Notes under the pieces: generated by a model | The model's input: the letters and a program-made list of their open reading frames with translations, nothing else | What the model was told of the DNA's origin: nothing | The model's database searches: none | Part shown: positions 20,180 through 30,695 of the stretch, one piece after another | Layout: each line of letters starts with the position of its first letter | Position numbering within the stretch: the stretch's first letter is position 1 | Source: Polyangiales bacterium | GTDB lineage: Bacteria; Myxococcota_A; Polyangia; Polyangiales; Ga0077539 | Direction of reading: 5' to 3' | Assembly: GCA_044229975.1 (NCBI GenBank) | Contig: JBGARZ010000003.1 | Span: forward strand, 160,001 to 224,000 | Length of the DNA stretch: 64,000 nt | Position numbers and translations under genes: made by a program

Positions 20180-22174
20180 TCAGCGTGGATAGGCCGCGAC
20201 GAAGGCTCGACCCGTCATGCTCGCTGGAGCGCACGCAGCCGCGAGCGGGGGAGTGAAGCGCCCGTCCAACCGGCAACGCGACGAATCGACGCTGAGCCGG
20301 ATGCGTCCGAGGCCACCCGTACCGCCCGATCCGCCCGTCGCGTAGAGGCTGCCGGCTCCACCAGGTCCACCAGCAGCGGATAGCTCCGCCCGCGCAGTGA
20401 CGGTGATGGTCGGTGCCCGGAGGAAGAGCACACCGCCCGAACCGCCGCCACCCGCCGCGCCGGGCTGAGGGTCGCAGCCTGCGGCCCGGTTCGTTCCGAT
20501 GTACGCGTCGCCGCCTTCCCCGCCGTTGGCCAGGAGTCGACCGTTGATGGTCATCCGCGTGTCCGTCCAGATGCGAAGGGCACCACCACCACCACCACCG
20601 CCCGAGGTTCCGCCGAAAGCCGGTCGGTTGAGGTAGTCACCGCTACCGCCACCACCCCCGGAGCCAGGGTAGAAGGTGCGGTCCACCGCAAGATCGGCCA
20701 CGGCATCGGCGCCGATCGCCCCACCTCCGCCGCCACCGACCCACGAGGCCGGGATGCCAGGCCGCGACCCGGGGCACTGCGTCTGACCGAGGACCCCGTC
20801 GCTCCCGTTGTAGAGCGCGCTGCCCGCACTACCGCCGCGCCCCACGCCCGCTCCTCCCCCGGCCGTGATGCCCCCGCAATCGCCCTGCCCCGGAAATGTC
20901 GCCCCCAACGCTCCTGCCCCGCCGCCAGCGAAACCACCGCCGCCCGCCCCGTAGGCGCGATAACCCGTGAAGACGCCGCCGCCGCCGCCAAACTGCGCGG
21001 GCGGCGCGGCGAAGATGAGCTGCGTCGGATTGTCGGTGATGCAGGCCGCGTTGCTTCCGACACGACACGAACCCGTGGTTCCGGCCATCCCGCGCCCGTT
21101 GCCACCGGAGACGCCCGCGACCCACTCGCAGGCGGGGCCCGGTGTCGCCGTGCGCGGATCGCCGCTGAACCCGCCGGCGCCAGCGCGGCCCTGTCGGGTG
21201 CTGCGCGAGGTGATGGTCGACTGGCTGCCAGGGCCGCCCGACACGTCGATGGTTCCGTCGACCACGACGTCGCCCGTGGCACGAAGGTCGAGGGTTCCGT
21301 TGTTGGCGCCGCCACCGGCGACGAACACGACCACGCCCGCGGGCACGTTGATGGTCGTGAAGTTGTGCACGCCCGGCGAGAGGTACGTCGGGTTGACCGT
21401 GGGGTTGAACGCCCCTTCGGTTCCGGTGCTCGGTCGCCCACAGACACTGCCAGCGCAGCTCGATCCCGGCATGCAGGTCGCGCCGCAGCTCCCGCAGTTG
21501 AGTGGGTCGGACGTGACGTCGGCCTCGCAGCCGTCGGCCCCCACTCCGTTGCAGTCGGCAAAGCCCGGGAGACACGCACCCGCGACGCACGCACCCGCGA
21601 CGCACGCCACGCTACGCCCCGGGGGAACCACGCAGACCCGGCCGCAGGCACCGCAGTTGTTGGTGTCGGCTTGGACGTCGACACAGAACACTCCGCAACA
21701 CTGCGTACCCGGATCGCACGCCGGACCACCACCGCAGCCCGCATCGATGGCGTCTGGAACGTCGGCAACGTCCGTGACGTCCGTGACGTCCGCCACATCG
21801 GTCGCATCCGTGACATCGGTGACGTCTTCCGCATCGGCGACGTCCTCCACGTCCCCTGCATCGACCACGTCCTCGGCATCCCCGACCTCTCCTGCGTCGG
21901 CGACGTCTTCCTCGACGACCACGTCAGCGATGTCCGCCACGTCGGGGACATCCTGCGCGTCGGCCACATCGACGGCGTCACCACGGTCGGTCGGAACGTC
22001 GATGATGAATCCTCCGTCCGGCACATCCACCGTTGGGACATCGACCTGTGGTCGGTCCTCGATCGAGGAGTCTTCGTCGAAAGACAGGTCGCCCTCCAGC
22101 TCGGTTCGGCCGCAGCCCACCACCAGCGGCATGGCCAACAACCCAATGACCTTCAGTCGCACCGAGCGCCTCAT
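20180..22174 (-). CDS. Surface lipoprotein with Asp-periodic linker, Cys-rich repeats and a Gly-rich C-terminal domain
   Basis: Lipobox VVGC; (D-x-x)n linker; NCGACGRVC and NCGSCGATC repeats; GGGGGG-rich domain; ATGA overlap with ftsH. Confidence 0.8.
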   Translation of the reverse strand: MRRSVRLKVIGLLAMPLVVGCGRTELEGDLSFDEDSSIEDRPQVDVPTVDVPDGGFIIDVPTDRGDAVDVADAQDVPDVADIADVVVEEDVADAGEVGDAEDVVDAGDVEDVADAEDVTDVTDATDVADVTDVTDVADVPDAIDAGCGGGPACDPGTQCCGVFCVDVQADTNNCGACGRVCVVPPGRSVACVAGACVAGACLPGFADCNGVGADGCEADVTSDPLNCGSCGATCMPGSSCAGSVCGRPSTGTEGAFNPTVNPTYLSPGVHNFTTINVPAGVVVFVAGGGANNGTLDLRATGDVVVDGTIDVSGGPGSQSTITSRSTRQGRAGAGGFSGDPRTATPGPACEWVAGVSGGNGRGMAGTTGSCRVGSNAACITDNPTQLIFAAPPAQFGGGGGVFTGYRAYGAGGGGFAGGGAGALGATFPGQGDCGGITAGGGAGVGRGGSAGSALYNGSDGVLGQTQCPGSRPGIPASWVGGGGGGAIGADAVADLAVDRTFYPGSGGGGGSGDYLNRPAFGGTSGGGGGGGALRIWTDTRMTINGRLLANGGEGGDAYIGTNRAAGCDPQPGAAGGGGSGGVLFLRAPTITVTARAELSAAGGPGGAGSLYATGGSGGTGGLGRIRLSVDSSRCRLDGRFTPPLAAACAPASMTGRAFVAAYPR
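21741..21978 (-). repeat. Degenerate 9-bp coding tandem repeat (D-V/A-x)
   Basis: For example ACGTCCGTG ACGTCCGTG ACGTCCGCC on the + strand; encodes DVTDATDVADVTDVTDVADVPD. Boundaries are approximate. Confidence 0.8.
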
Positions 22175-24036
22175 GACTTCTCCGCCTCTCCTCGCATCGC
22201 CTCGTCCAACAACGTTCGCAGCTCCGCGCCGTCGAGGTGCTCTCGCTCCAGCAGGGCCACTGCCAGCGCGTGGACCGCGACGGTGTGCCGTTCGAGCACT
22301 TCACGCGCGACCAGCTCCGCGCTCGACACCGTGCGCCGAACCTCGGCGTCCACGAGGTCGGCCAGCTCTGCGCCGTGCTCCGCGCCGCCGCGCTCGGACA
22401 TCGTCCCCCACTCGCCGATGGAGCGACCGCGTCCCAGCGACACCGCGCCGACCTTCTCGGACATCCCGAACTCCACCACCATCGCGCGCGCCATCTCCGT
22501 CGCCTGCGAGAGGTCGCTCGCCGCCCCGGTGGACACCTCACCGAGGAAGAGCGACTCGGCCGCCCGCCCTCCAAGCAGCGAAGCCAGCTGGGCCCGCAGC
22601 TCACTCTCGGTCATCAGGTAGCGATCTTCGTCGGGGCGCTTCAGCGTGTATCCGAGCGCGCCGAGCCCGCGCGGCACGATGGACACCTTCGTCACCTTCG
22701 ACGCGCCGCCGACCACCTCCGCCACCAGCGCGTGTCCGAGCTCGTGATACGCGACCCGCCGACGCTCCTCCGGGGTCAGCACGCGCGAGCGACGCTCCAG
22801 ACCCGCTGCCACGCGCTCCATGGCCTCGCGCAGATCGTCGCCGGTCGCCGCCGCCGCGCCGCGCCTCGCAGCGAGCAGCGCCGCTTCGTTGATGAGGTTC
22901 GCGAGATCGGCGCCCGAGTAGCCCGTTGTCTCCACCGCGACGCGCTCCAGGTCGACATCGGGAGCCAGTGACACCGTCCGCCCGTGAACCTTCAAGACGG
23001 CGAGACGACCCAGTCGATCGGGCCGGTCGACCAGGACCTGTCGGTCGAAGCGCCCAGGGCGCAGCAGCGCCGCGTCGAGGATCTCCGGTCGGTTGGTCGC
23101 CGCCAGCACGATCACCCCGTTGTTGGCCGCGAACCCGTCCATCTCCACGAGGAGCTGGTTGAGCGTCTGCTCGCGCTCTTCGTTGGATGCCATCGCGCCG
23201 CCGCCACGGCTGCGACCCAGCGCGTCGAGCTCGTCGATGAACACGATGCACGGCGCCTGCGACTGCGCCCCCTCGAAGAGATCGCGCACCCGCGCCGCGC
23301 CCACCCCCACGAACATCTCCACGAACTCGCTCCCGCTCAGCGAGATGAACGGCACCCCGGCCTCGCCCGCCACCGCGCGCGCCAGCAGCGTCTTGCCCGT
23401 TCCCGGCGGCCCCACCAGCAGAACCCCTCGCGGGATGCGCGCGCCGACCTTCTTGAAGCGTTCGGCGTCGCGGAGAAACTCCACGACCTCCTGCAGCTCG
23501 CGCTTCGCCTCGTCGACGCCCGCGACGTCGTCGAAGCGCACGGTGACGTCCTTCTCGCCCGCCACCTTGCCGCGGCTCTTTCCAAACGAAAGAACACCCC
23601 CCGACGAGCCCCCCTGGAGGCGCTCGATGATCCATCGTCCGAGCATCAGCGTGACCAGCACGAAGAAGCCCGCCATCAGCAGCGACGAGAGCACACGGGT
23701 GTCGGCCGTGCCCTCGTAGGAGACACCCTTCTCCTCCAGCAGCGCGATGAGCTGCGGGTCGGACACCCGCACCACCTCGAAGTCCATCGGGGTCCGCGCC
23801 CCGGCCGAAGCACCCTGTCGGTAGCGACCGCGCAACAGGCGATCGCCGAGCCTCACCGACGACACACGACCCGCTCGAACGCTCGCCCGAAACTCCGAGT
23901 ACGGCACCACGCGCGACGCGCCGGGTGCGAACTGCTCCAGCAGGAGAACCGCCCCGAAGAGAACCGCCACCGCCGCTGCCCACGCCCTCACCCGACGGGT
24001 GCGCTTCTCGTCCGGGCGCGGCTCCCGCTCGCTCAC
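22171..24036 (-). CDS. ftsH: ATP-dependent zinc metalloprotease FtsH
   Basis: Two TM helices; [26 protein letters not shown]. Start set at GTG 24036 (GTGA overlap with rlmN). Confidence 0.95.
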   Translation of the reverse strand: MSEREPRPDEKRTRRVRAWAAAVAVLFGAVLLLEQFAPGASRVVPYSEFRASVRAGRVSSVRLGDRLLRGRYRQGASAGARTPMDFEVVRVSDPQLIALLEEKGVSYEGTADTRVLSSLLMAGFFVLVTLMLGRWIIERLQGGSSGGVLSFGKSRGKVAGEKDVTVRFDDVAGVDEAKRELQEVVEFLRDAERFKKVGARIPRGVLLVGPPGTGKTLLARAVAGEAGVPFISLSGSEFVEMFVGVGAARVRDLFEGAQSQAPCIVFIDELDALGRSRGGGAMASNEEREQTLNQLLVEMDGFAANNGVIVLAATNRPEILDAALLRPGRFDRQVLVDRPDRLGRLAVLKVHGRTVSLAPDVDLERVAVETTGYSGADLANLINEAALLAARRGAAAATGDDLREAMERVAAGLERRSRVLTPEERRRVAYHELGHALVAEVVGGASKVTKVSIVPRGLGALGYTLKRPDEDRYLMTESELRAQLASLLGGRAAESLFLGEVSTGAASDLSQATEMARAMVVEFGMSEKVGAVSLGRGRSIGEWGTMSERGGAEHGAELADLVDAEVRRTVSSAELVAREVLERHTVAVHALAVALLEREHLDGAELRTLLDEAMRGEAEKS

Positions 24037-25208
24037 GAGGGCTTGGGCTCCGCGAAGACCGGGAGCTTGCGCTTCACCGGAGATGCCCCCTGGAGCGCGA
24101 GCTGGCCGCACGCCGCGTCGATGTCATCGCCGCGCGTCTTGCGGATGAACACCGCGTACCCGTCGGCCCGCAGCAACGACTGAAACGACAGCACGTCTTC
24201 CTTCCGCGGCGCGTCGTACGGAACGCCATCCACAGGGTTGAGCGGGATGAGGTTGATCTTCACCGAGAGGCCGCGCAGCAGCTTTGACAGCGCCCGCGCA
24301 TGGGAGCCCTGGTCGTTGACGCCGCGGATGAGCGTGTACTCGACGGTGATACGACGACGACGCCCGAGGGGATAACGGCGCAGCGCGGGCATCAGCTCGC
24401 TCAACGGGTAGCGTCGGTTGATGGGCATGAGCGCCGTGCGGAGTTCGTCGGTCGGCGCGTGCAGCGAGATGGCCAACGACACCTCGCCGCGGAACTCCTC
24501 CCCCAGCCGATCGATCTCCGGGACGAGCCCCGAGGTGCTCACGGTCACGCGGCGCGCCGCGAGGTCGATGCCGTCGTGGTGCGTGAGCAGCCGCAGTGCC
24601 CGGGCCACCGCGTCGTAGTTGTGGAGCGGTTCGCCCATGCCCATGAGCACCACGTTGCGGATGGCCTCGCCCGGGTCGAGCAGCGTTCGGCCGAGGAGCA
24701 CCTGCGCGACGATCTCGCCCGCCGTGAGATGGCGCTTGAGGCCGGCCACGCCCGACGCGCAGAACACGCAGCCCATCGCGCAGCCGACCTGCGTGGAGAT
24801 GCACTGGGTCACCCGACGCGCGGCGACGCGAAGCCCGCTGGGAGCAGGTTCATCGTCGACGTCTTCTTCCACGTCGTCATCGGGCATCGGGGGGATGAGG
24901 ACGGTCTCGACGGTTCCGCTGCCGGGGGTGTCGGGGAAGCCCACGAGCACCTTGCGCGTGTCGTCACCCGCGCGGTGCACCTTCTCGATGACCACCGGCA
25001 TGTGCAGCGCCGTCGCCGACAGCCGCTCGCGCAGCGCCTTGGCGATGTCGGTCATCCCCGCGGGGTCGGCGACCGATCGCGTGTGGATCCACCGGAACAC
25101 CTGCTTCGCGCGGAAGGGCCGCTCCCCCCAACGGGCGAGCTGCGCCTCCCACTCTTCGAGGTACGAGCCGACGGGGTCACGTTCGATGTCGTGGGTGGCG
25201 GGGGGCAC
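24033..25208 (-). CDS. rlmN: 23S rRNA m2A2503 radical-SAM methyltransferase
   Basis: CISTQVGCAMGCVFCASG, MGMGEP, AISLHA, DIDAACGQL. Confidence 0.95.
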   Translation of the reverse strand: MPPATHDIERDPVGSYLEEWEAQLARWGERPFRAKQVFRWIHTRSVADPAGMTDIAKALRERLSATALHMPVVIEKVHRAGDDTRKVLVGFPDTPGSGTVETVLIPPMPDDDVEEDVDDEPAPSGLRVAARRVTQCISTQVGCAMGCVFCASGVAGLKRHLTAGEIVAQVLLGRTLLDPGEAIRNVVLMGMGEPLHNYDAVARALRLLTHHDGIDLAARRVTVSTSGLVPEIDRLGEEFRGEVSLAISLHAPTDELRTALMPINRRYPLSELMPALRRYPLGRRRRITVEYTLIRGVNDQGSHARALSKLLRGLSVKINLIPLNPVDGVPYDAPRKEDVLSFQSLLRADGYAVFIRKTRGDDIDAACGQLALQGASPVKRKLPVFAEPKPS

Positions 25209-25243
25209 GCGCTCCCTCTAACAGTGCGAGCGCACTCGGGCAA

Positions 25244-25993
25244 TCAGGGCGCCGCGTTGGCGCGGCCCGGCGTCTCGATGGTCAGCATGAAGTCGCCGGT
25301 GCCATCGGGCAGCCGCCCCCACGACCGACCCGTGGTCGCCGCGTTGGGGGGAATGTCGCTATGGGCGATCTCGGAGCCGGCCGCGGTGAGCAGGTAGATG
25401 CGCTCCCCGCGCGGCGCGCTGATGCCGAAGCCCGCGTAGTAGCAGGTCATCGGGCCCGCATCGCCGAGGCATGACATCTGCGGGCCCATCGCGGGCATCG
25501 AGAGGTCGGCCACGATCAACAGGTGCTGCCCCGCCGCGAGAGTCGTCCCCGCCGGGAAGGTCATCCCGTCGCCGAGGCGAGGCGCGCCGCCGTCGACGTC
25601 GGTGTCCGTGTCGGCGAGCACCAGGCCGCTGAGATCGACGCTCGTGGGGCCGATGTTCTTGAGCTCGACCCAGTCGTCGCCCGCCGCGTGGATCTCGTTG
25701 ATGACAACACTGGAAGATCCAGCGTCGCCCACCACCGGGACATCGGTCACCACAGGCACGTCGCTCGGCGTCCCGGCATCGGCGCCGAGGTCGGTGGTGC
25801 TCCCAACGTCGACAGGGTTGCCGCGATCGGTGGCCGTTCCGCTGTCGGTAGGGTCGCCTGAGTCGACGGGGCTGCCGACATCAGCGGTCACGACGTCGGT
25901 GGACGTCGGCACGTCGGTCGTCACGGGCGGGGCCACCGGGTCGGAGCATCCGGCGAGTGCGATCATTCCAAGAGCAGTCCAATGAAGCTTCAT
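25244..25993 (-). CDS. Lamin-tail-domain lipoprotein
   Basis: MKLHWTALGMIALAGC; Asp/Thr linker; VVINEI..DWVELKN..SWGRLPDG..TPGRAN. Confidence 0.85.
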   Translation of the reverse strand: MKLHWTALGMIALAGCSDPVAPPVTTDVPTSTDVVTADVGSPVDSGDPTDSGTATDRGNPVDVGSTTDLGADAGTPSDVPVVTDVPVVGDAGSSSVVINEIHAAGDDWVELKNIGPTSVDLSGLVLADTDTDVDGGAPRLGDGMTFPAGTTLAAGQHLLIVADLSMPAMGPQMSCLGDAGPMTCYYAGFGISAPRGERIYLLTAAGSEIAHSDIPPNAATTGRSWGRLPDGTGDFMLTIETPGRANAAP

Positions 25994-26033
25994 GACGTTC
26001 CTTCTTGCACGATGCGGTGGACGGCGCCGGTGG

Positions 26034-27110
26034 TCATGCGTCGGAGCGCAGGAGCCACCGACGGAAGAGCACGAGGCCGCGTTCGAGGGCGCCGCGATCG
26101 GTCCACTCGTTGCGCTGGTGAGCTTGCGACTGGGTGCCCGGCCCGAGGTTGACGGCCGCGACGCCGACGCTCGCGAAGCGGGCCACGTCGGTCCACGCCT
26201 GCTTGGGTTCGACGCCCTCGACGCCGCCGTCGATGAGCGCCTGCACCAGCGCGTTGTCACGGCACGGCGGCGCCGACGGTGACCGATCGAAGACCTCGAT
26301 CTCGGCCTCGCCCGCGACCAACGCCTCCAGGTCGGCCACCGCGTCGTCCGGCGTGCGCCCCGGCGCGAAGCGGTAGTTCACGTTGAGCGTGAAGCGATCG
26401 GGAACCACGTTGCGACCGCGACCGCCCTCCGCAAGCGTGGCCGACACGACCTCGCGGTAGAGCATCCCCTCCAGCACCACGTCGCGCGGCGCCAACGCGT
26501 GCAGCCGCGACAGAAACGCCCCCGCCTTGTGGATGGCGTTTTCGCCCTGCCAGGGGCGCGCGCTGTGGGAGGTGCGCCCGTGGAAGTGCACCCGCGCATG
26601 AACGCTGCCCATGCACCCGAGCTGGAGGCCGTTGGAGCTCGGTTCGAGGCACACCGCGAGGTCGACGGTCTTGAGCGCGGGGAAGTTTTCGAGGATGTCG
26701 CCGAGGCGGTTTTCGAGGAAGGGCCCCTCCTCGCGCTCATAGAAGACGAAGGTCGGCTGGAAGCGCGTCTCCGCTCCGCCCGCGATGTCTTCGAGCAGGC
26801 ACAGCATCACCGCGAGGCCCGACTTCATGTCCGCCGCCCCCGCACCGTAGATGCGGTCTCCCTCGATGCGCGTCGGCCCGTCGTGCTGCGTCTTCACCAC
26901 GTCGAAGTGACCCGCGAGCACCACGCGTGGACCCGACGAGGCGACCTTCGGCGTCACCACGAGGCTGTGCCCATCACGCGCCACCGCAGCGTCTCCGAGC
27001 AGCGCGCGGAGCTGCGCCTCGACGCGATCGCAGAGCGGACCTTCCTCGCCGGTGAGCGATGCGACCTCGCACAGATCGAGCAGGTGCCGCTCGACGTGGG
27101 ACACCGTCAT
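26034..27110 (-). CDS. dapE: Succinyl-diaminopimelate desuccinylase (M20 family)
   Basis: LAGHFD, GAADMKSG, EREEG, HSARPW, AWTD, AHQRNE; ATGA overlap with dapD. Confidence 0.9.
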   Translation of the reverse strand: MTVSHVERHLLDLCEVASLTGEEGPLCDRVEAQLRALLGDAAVARDGHSLVVTPKVASSGPRVVLAGHFDVVKTQHDGPTRIEGDRIYGAGAADMKSGLAVMLCLLEDIAGGAETRFQPTFVFYEREEGPFLENRLGDILENFPALKTVDLAVCLEPSSNGLQLGCMGSVHARVHFHGRTSHSARPWQGENAIHKAGAFLSRLHALAPRDVVLEGMLYREVVSATLAEGGRGRNVVPDRFTLNVNYRFAPGRTPDDAVADLEALVAGEAEIEVFDRSPSAPPCRDNALVQALIDGGVEGVEPKQAWTDVARFASVGVAAVNLGPGTQSQAHQRNEWTDRGALERGLVLFRRWLLRSDA

Positions 27111-27937
27111 ACCGAGACCTCGTGGTCGCGGAGCGCGCGCTCCAGTGAGGTCTTGCGGTCGGTGCTCTCCGAGCGACGACCGATGATGAGCGCGCACGGC
27201 ACCATGAACTCACCCGCCGGGAAGCGCTTCGGCCGCATGCCCGGGATGACCACGCTGCGCGCCGGAATGCGGCCCTTCCACTCGTTCGGCGACTCGCCCG
27301 TCACATCGACGATGGAGGTGCTGGAGGTGAGCACCACGCCCGCGCCGAGCACGGCCTCCTGCTCGACGTGAACACCCTCCACCACGATGACCCGCGAGCC
27401 CACGAAGGCTCCGTCTTCGATGATGACGGGGCGCGCACCCGGCGGCTCCAGCACGCCGCCGATGCCGACGCCGCCCGCGAGGTGCACGTCGCGGCCGATC
27501 TGCGCGCACGAGCCAACCGTCGCCCAGGTGTCGACCATGGAGCCCGTGTCGACGTACGCGCCGATGTTGACGTAGCCCGGCATCACGATGGCGCCCGGGG
27601 CGACGTAGGCGCCGTAGCGGACGGTTCCGGGCGGGACGATGCGCACGCCGTCGGGGGGCGTCTTCACCGGGATCTTGTCCTGGAAGGAGAGCGGGCCGGC
27701 GGTCATGCGCTCCATCGGACGGAGGGCGAAGTAGAGGAGGATGGCCTGCTTGATCCACGGGTGGACGGTCCAGCCGGCGTCGTCGCGGGTGGCGACGCGG
27801 ATGGTCCCGCGGTCGAGGGCTTCGAGGGTCTCCTCGACGGCGCGGGTGCTCTCGTCGGAGCGCAGCAGCGTGCGGTCGGCGAAGGTGCGCTCGATGACGG
27901 GTTGGAGTCGCTGGGCGAGGTCGGCCTGGGTGCTCAT
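27107..27937 (-). CDS. dapD: Tetrahydrodipicolinate N-succinyltransferase
   Basis: WIKQAILLYF, VNIGAYVD, MVDTWATVGSCAQIG, GIGGVLEP. Confidence 0.95.
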   Translation of the reverse strand: MSTQADLAQRLQPVIERTFADRTLLRSDESTRAVEETLEALDRGTIRVATRDDAGWTVHPWIKQAILLYFALRPMERMTAGPLSFQDKIPVKTPPDGVRIVPPGTVRYGAYVAPGAIVMPGYVNIGAYVDTGSMVDTWATVGSCAQIGRDVHLAGGVGIGGVLEPPGARPVIIEDGAFVGSRVIVVEGVHVEQEAVLGAGVVLTSSTSIVDVTGESPNEWKGRIPARSVVIPGMRPKRFPAGEFMVPCALIIGRRSESTDRKTSLERALRDHEVSV

Positions 27938-27980
27938 CGACCGAGGGCATACAACCACCCGCGGGCGGGGCGGAAGTCCT

Positions 27981-28316
27981 CTACGGAACGCAGGCGTTCT
28001 CGTCGGGCCGGACGTTGGGGCAGATGACCCCGGCGGCGCGGCACTCCATCGCGTCGGTGCAGCGCTGCGCGCACACGAAGCCGAGGGCCGCGGTCTCGGT
28101 GTTGACGCACACGCCACGGTCGGGGCAATCGGCGCTGGTGGTGCACGCGACCGTGCACAGGCCGATCTGTCGCATGGTGAGGCGGTTGTTGAACTGTATG
28201 CACCGCGGCGTGGACTCGGCGCACGCCGAGGGCGACGTGCACGAGCCGTAGGGGGACTCGTTGCGGGAAGCACACGCGACGAGAGGGACGAGGAGGAGGA
28301 GCCACCGTGGAGACAT
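27981..28316 (-). CDS. Small Cys-rich lipoprotein
   Basis: Lipobox LVAC; CT..C repeats. Confidence 0.7.
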   Translation of the reverse strand: MSPRWLLLLVPLVACASRNESPYGSCTSPSACAESTPRCIQFNNRLTMRQIGLCTVACTTSADCPDRGVCVNTETAALGFVCAQRCTDAMECRAAGVICPNVRPDENACVP

Positions 28317-28368
28317 GGACGCCGCGAGAGCCTACACCGATGCCGAAGGGCATAGGATCGCCTTCGCG

Positions 28369-29103
28369 ATGATCGAGGTGACGAAGGTCTGGAAGCGCTA
28401 CGCGGCACCCGTACTGCGGGGCGTGACGCTGACGGTGCCCACGGGGTGTCTGTACGGGCTCATCGGCCCCGGCGCGGCGGGGAAGAGCGTGCTGCTCAAG
28501 TGCCTGGCGGGCTTGCTCCGACCCGAGCGGGGCACCGTCACGGTGTGCGGGAGCGAGCTGGGGTCGCTCGACGAGGTGTCGCTCCAGGCGATTCGCAACC
28601 GCATCGGCATGCTCTTCCAGAACAACGCCCTCTTCGACCACCTCACCGTCGCCGAGAACATCGCGTTCCCGCTGCGCCGCCGCGGCGTCACGGACGAGGC
28701 CGAGATCGCGGATCGCGTGGCCGATCGGCTGCGCGCGGTGTCCCTCCCCGGCTTCGAAGACCGACTCCCAGGTGGGCTCTCGGGCGGTCAGAAGAAGCGC
28801 GTCGGGGTGGCGCGCGCGACGGTGACCCGCGCCGAGGTGGTGCTCTACGACGAGCCCGCGGCGGGCCTCGACCCGGTGACCTCACAGAAGATCTTCGACC
28901 TGCTGCGTCGCGAACAGCAGGAGTCCGGGGCGACGGTGGTGATGGTGTCGAGCGACATCGACCGGCTGCTCACGGTTACGGACCGCGTCGGGATGATGCT
29001 CGACGGCTCATTGATCTTCGACGGAACCACCGCCGAGGCGCAGGAGTCGTTACACCCGGTGGTAAAGCAGTTCGTCCACGGGGAGGTCGACGGGCCGTTG
29101 TAG
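28369..29103 (+). CDS. MlaF/Mkl-like ABC ATPase 1 (switch His replaced by Ser)
   Basis: GPGAAGKS, GMLFQ, LSGGQ, LYDEP, VSSD. Confidence 0.88.
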   Translation: MIEVTKVWKRYAAPVLRGVTLTVPTGCLYGLIGPGAAGKSVLLKCLAGLLRPERGTVTVCGSELGSLDEVSLQAIRNRIGMLFQNNALFDHLTVAENIAFPLRRRGVTDEAEIADRVADRLRAVSLPGFEDRLPGGLSGGQKKRVGVARATVTRAEVVLYDEPAAGLDPVTSQKIFDLLRREQQESGATVVMVSSDIDRLLTVTDRVGMMLDGSLIFDGTTAEAQESLHPVVKQFVHGEVDGPL

Positions 29104-29124
29104 GCTTCGGCGACGAGCGCACCG

Positions 29125-29907
29125 ATGGCGACGGAAGAAGACGGCCTCCCAGCGCAGACCGGGCGCGCCCTGCTCAACCTCGCCACCGACGTCGGCGGGG
29201 CGGCCGTGCTCGCGGGGCGGCTCGCGCGACGGATGGTTCCGCCGCGGCTCGATGGGCCAGAGCTCTGGCGCAACCTGTACCGCATGGGCGTGCGATCGCT
29301 GCCCATCGTCGGGGTCACGGCGCTCTTCACGGGCGGCATCATGGTGATCCAGGCGGGGGTGCTCATCCGCCGCTTCGGGGCCGAGGGGCTCCTCGGTTGG
29401 GGCGCCGGCTTCGCGACGCTGCGCGAGGTAGGACCCATCCTCATCGCGCTGATGTTCTCGGGTCGCGTCGGGGCCAACAACACCGCCGAGCTCGCGACCA
29501 TGACCGTCACCGAGCAGATCGACGCGCTGGAGACGCTCGCCATCGACCCGCTGTCGTACCTGATCCTGCCGCGGGTCATCGCGATGGTGGTGATGCTCTT
29601 CGTGCTCACGGTCTACGGCGACGTGCTCGCGCTCCTCGGCGCGGCGGGGATGGGCGACGCGCTCCTCGGCGTGAGCACGGCCACCTTCTTCAACGGCTTC
29701 CTCGAGACCATCCGCGTCTGGGACCTCGCTACCGGGCTCATCAAGAGTGTGCTCTTTGGTGGCGTCATCGCCCTCTCAAGCAGCCACTTCGGGCTCGCGG
29801 TGTCGGGCGGCGCGCCGGGCGTGGGCCGCGCCGTCAACGCCTCGGTGGTCGCGAGCGCCACCGGCATCTTCGTCTGCGACTACCTCGCGACGTACGTTCT
29901 GCAATGA
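29125..29907 (+). CDS. MlaE/YrbE-like permease 1
   Basis: REVGPILIALMFSGRVG, EQIDAL, GVGRA. Confidence 0.92.
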   Translation: MATEEDGLPAQTGRALLNLATDVGGAAVLAGRLARRMVPPRLDGPELWRNLYRMGVRSLPIVGVTALFTGGIMVIQAGVLIRRFGAEGLLGWGAGFATLREVGPILIALMFSGRVGANNTAELATMTVTEQIDALETLAIDPLSYLILPRVIAMVVMLFVLTVYGDVLALLGAAGMGDALLGVSTATFFNGFLETIRVWDLATGLIKSVLFGGVIALSSSHFGLAVSGGAPGVGRAVNASVVASATGIFVCDYLATYVLQ

Positions 29908-30695
29908 GCGCCGACCTCGAAGCACCACGGTCGCCTCTCACCATCGTCCTGGAGAAGGTCGTCGGCGACGCACGCGAGCTGCAGGGCGTCTTCCTCCGAA
30001 CGCTCTACTGGACAGCGCGCGGACGACGCCAGCCCGGTGAGGTCGCGCGGCAGTGTTACGAGGTGGGCAACCGCTCGGCGTTCTTCCTCTCGGTGACCAT
30101 GGGCTTCATCGGGATGATCCTGGTGTTCCAGAGCGGGTTGCAGCTCCTGCGGGTGGTGCCCGATCTGACGTTGCTGGGCGCGACGTTTCTGGAGCTGCTG
30201 GTGCGCGACCTCGGCCCGTCCATCGCGGCGCTGATGCTGGCCACGCGGGTGGGTGCGGGCATCGCCGCGGAGATCGGCAGCATGGTAGTGACGGAGCAGG
30301 TGGACGCGCTGCGGATGTGCGGCGTCGATCCGGTGGACCACCTCGTGGTGCCGCGCTTCATCGCATGCGTGGTGATGACGGCCGCGCTGGTGGTGTGGTC
30401 GAGTCTGGTGAGCTTCGCAGCGGGCGGGGCGACGGCGTGGTTCGTCTTCGACGTGCAGCCGCTGACGTACATCAACTTCTCGCTGCTCGATCGCGGCGAC
30501 CTCATCCAGGGGTTGATGAAGTGCGTGGCCTACGGCGCGGCGATCCCGGTGGTGTCGGGGTGGTGCGGGCTCACGACGCGCGGTGGCAGCGAGGGCGTCG
30601 GGTCGGCCACGACGAGCGCGGTGGTCAACAGCTCGCTCGCGGTGATCATGCTCGACCTGGTGATCTCGGGCGTCGGCTTCGTGGTGTTTGGATGA
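29904..30695 (+). CDS. MlaE/YrbE-like permease 2
   Basis: RDLGPSIAALMLATRVGAGIAAEIGSM, EQVDAL; ATGA overlaps at both ends. Confidence 0.92.
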   Translation: MSADLEAPRSPLTIVLEKVVGDARELQGVFLRTLYWTARGRRQPGEVARQCYEVGNRSAFFLSVTMGFIGMILVFQSGLQLLRVVPDLTLLGATFLELLVRDLGPSIAALMLATRVGAGIAAEIGSMVVTEQVDALRMCGVDPVDHLVVPRFIACVVMTAALVVWSSLVSFAAGGATAWFVFDVQPLTYINFSLLDRGDLIQGLMKCVAYGAAIPVVSGWCGLTTRGGSEGVGSATTSAVVNSSLAVIMLDLVISGVGFVVFG

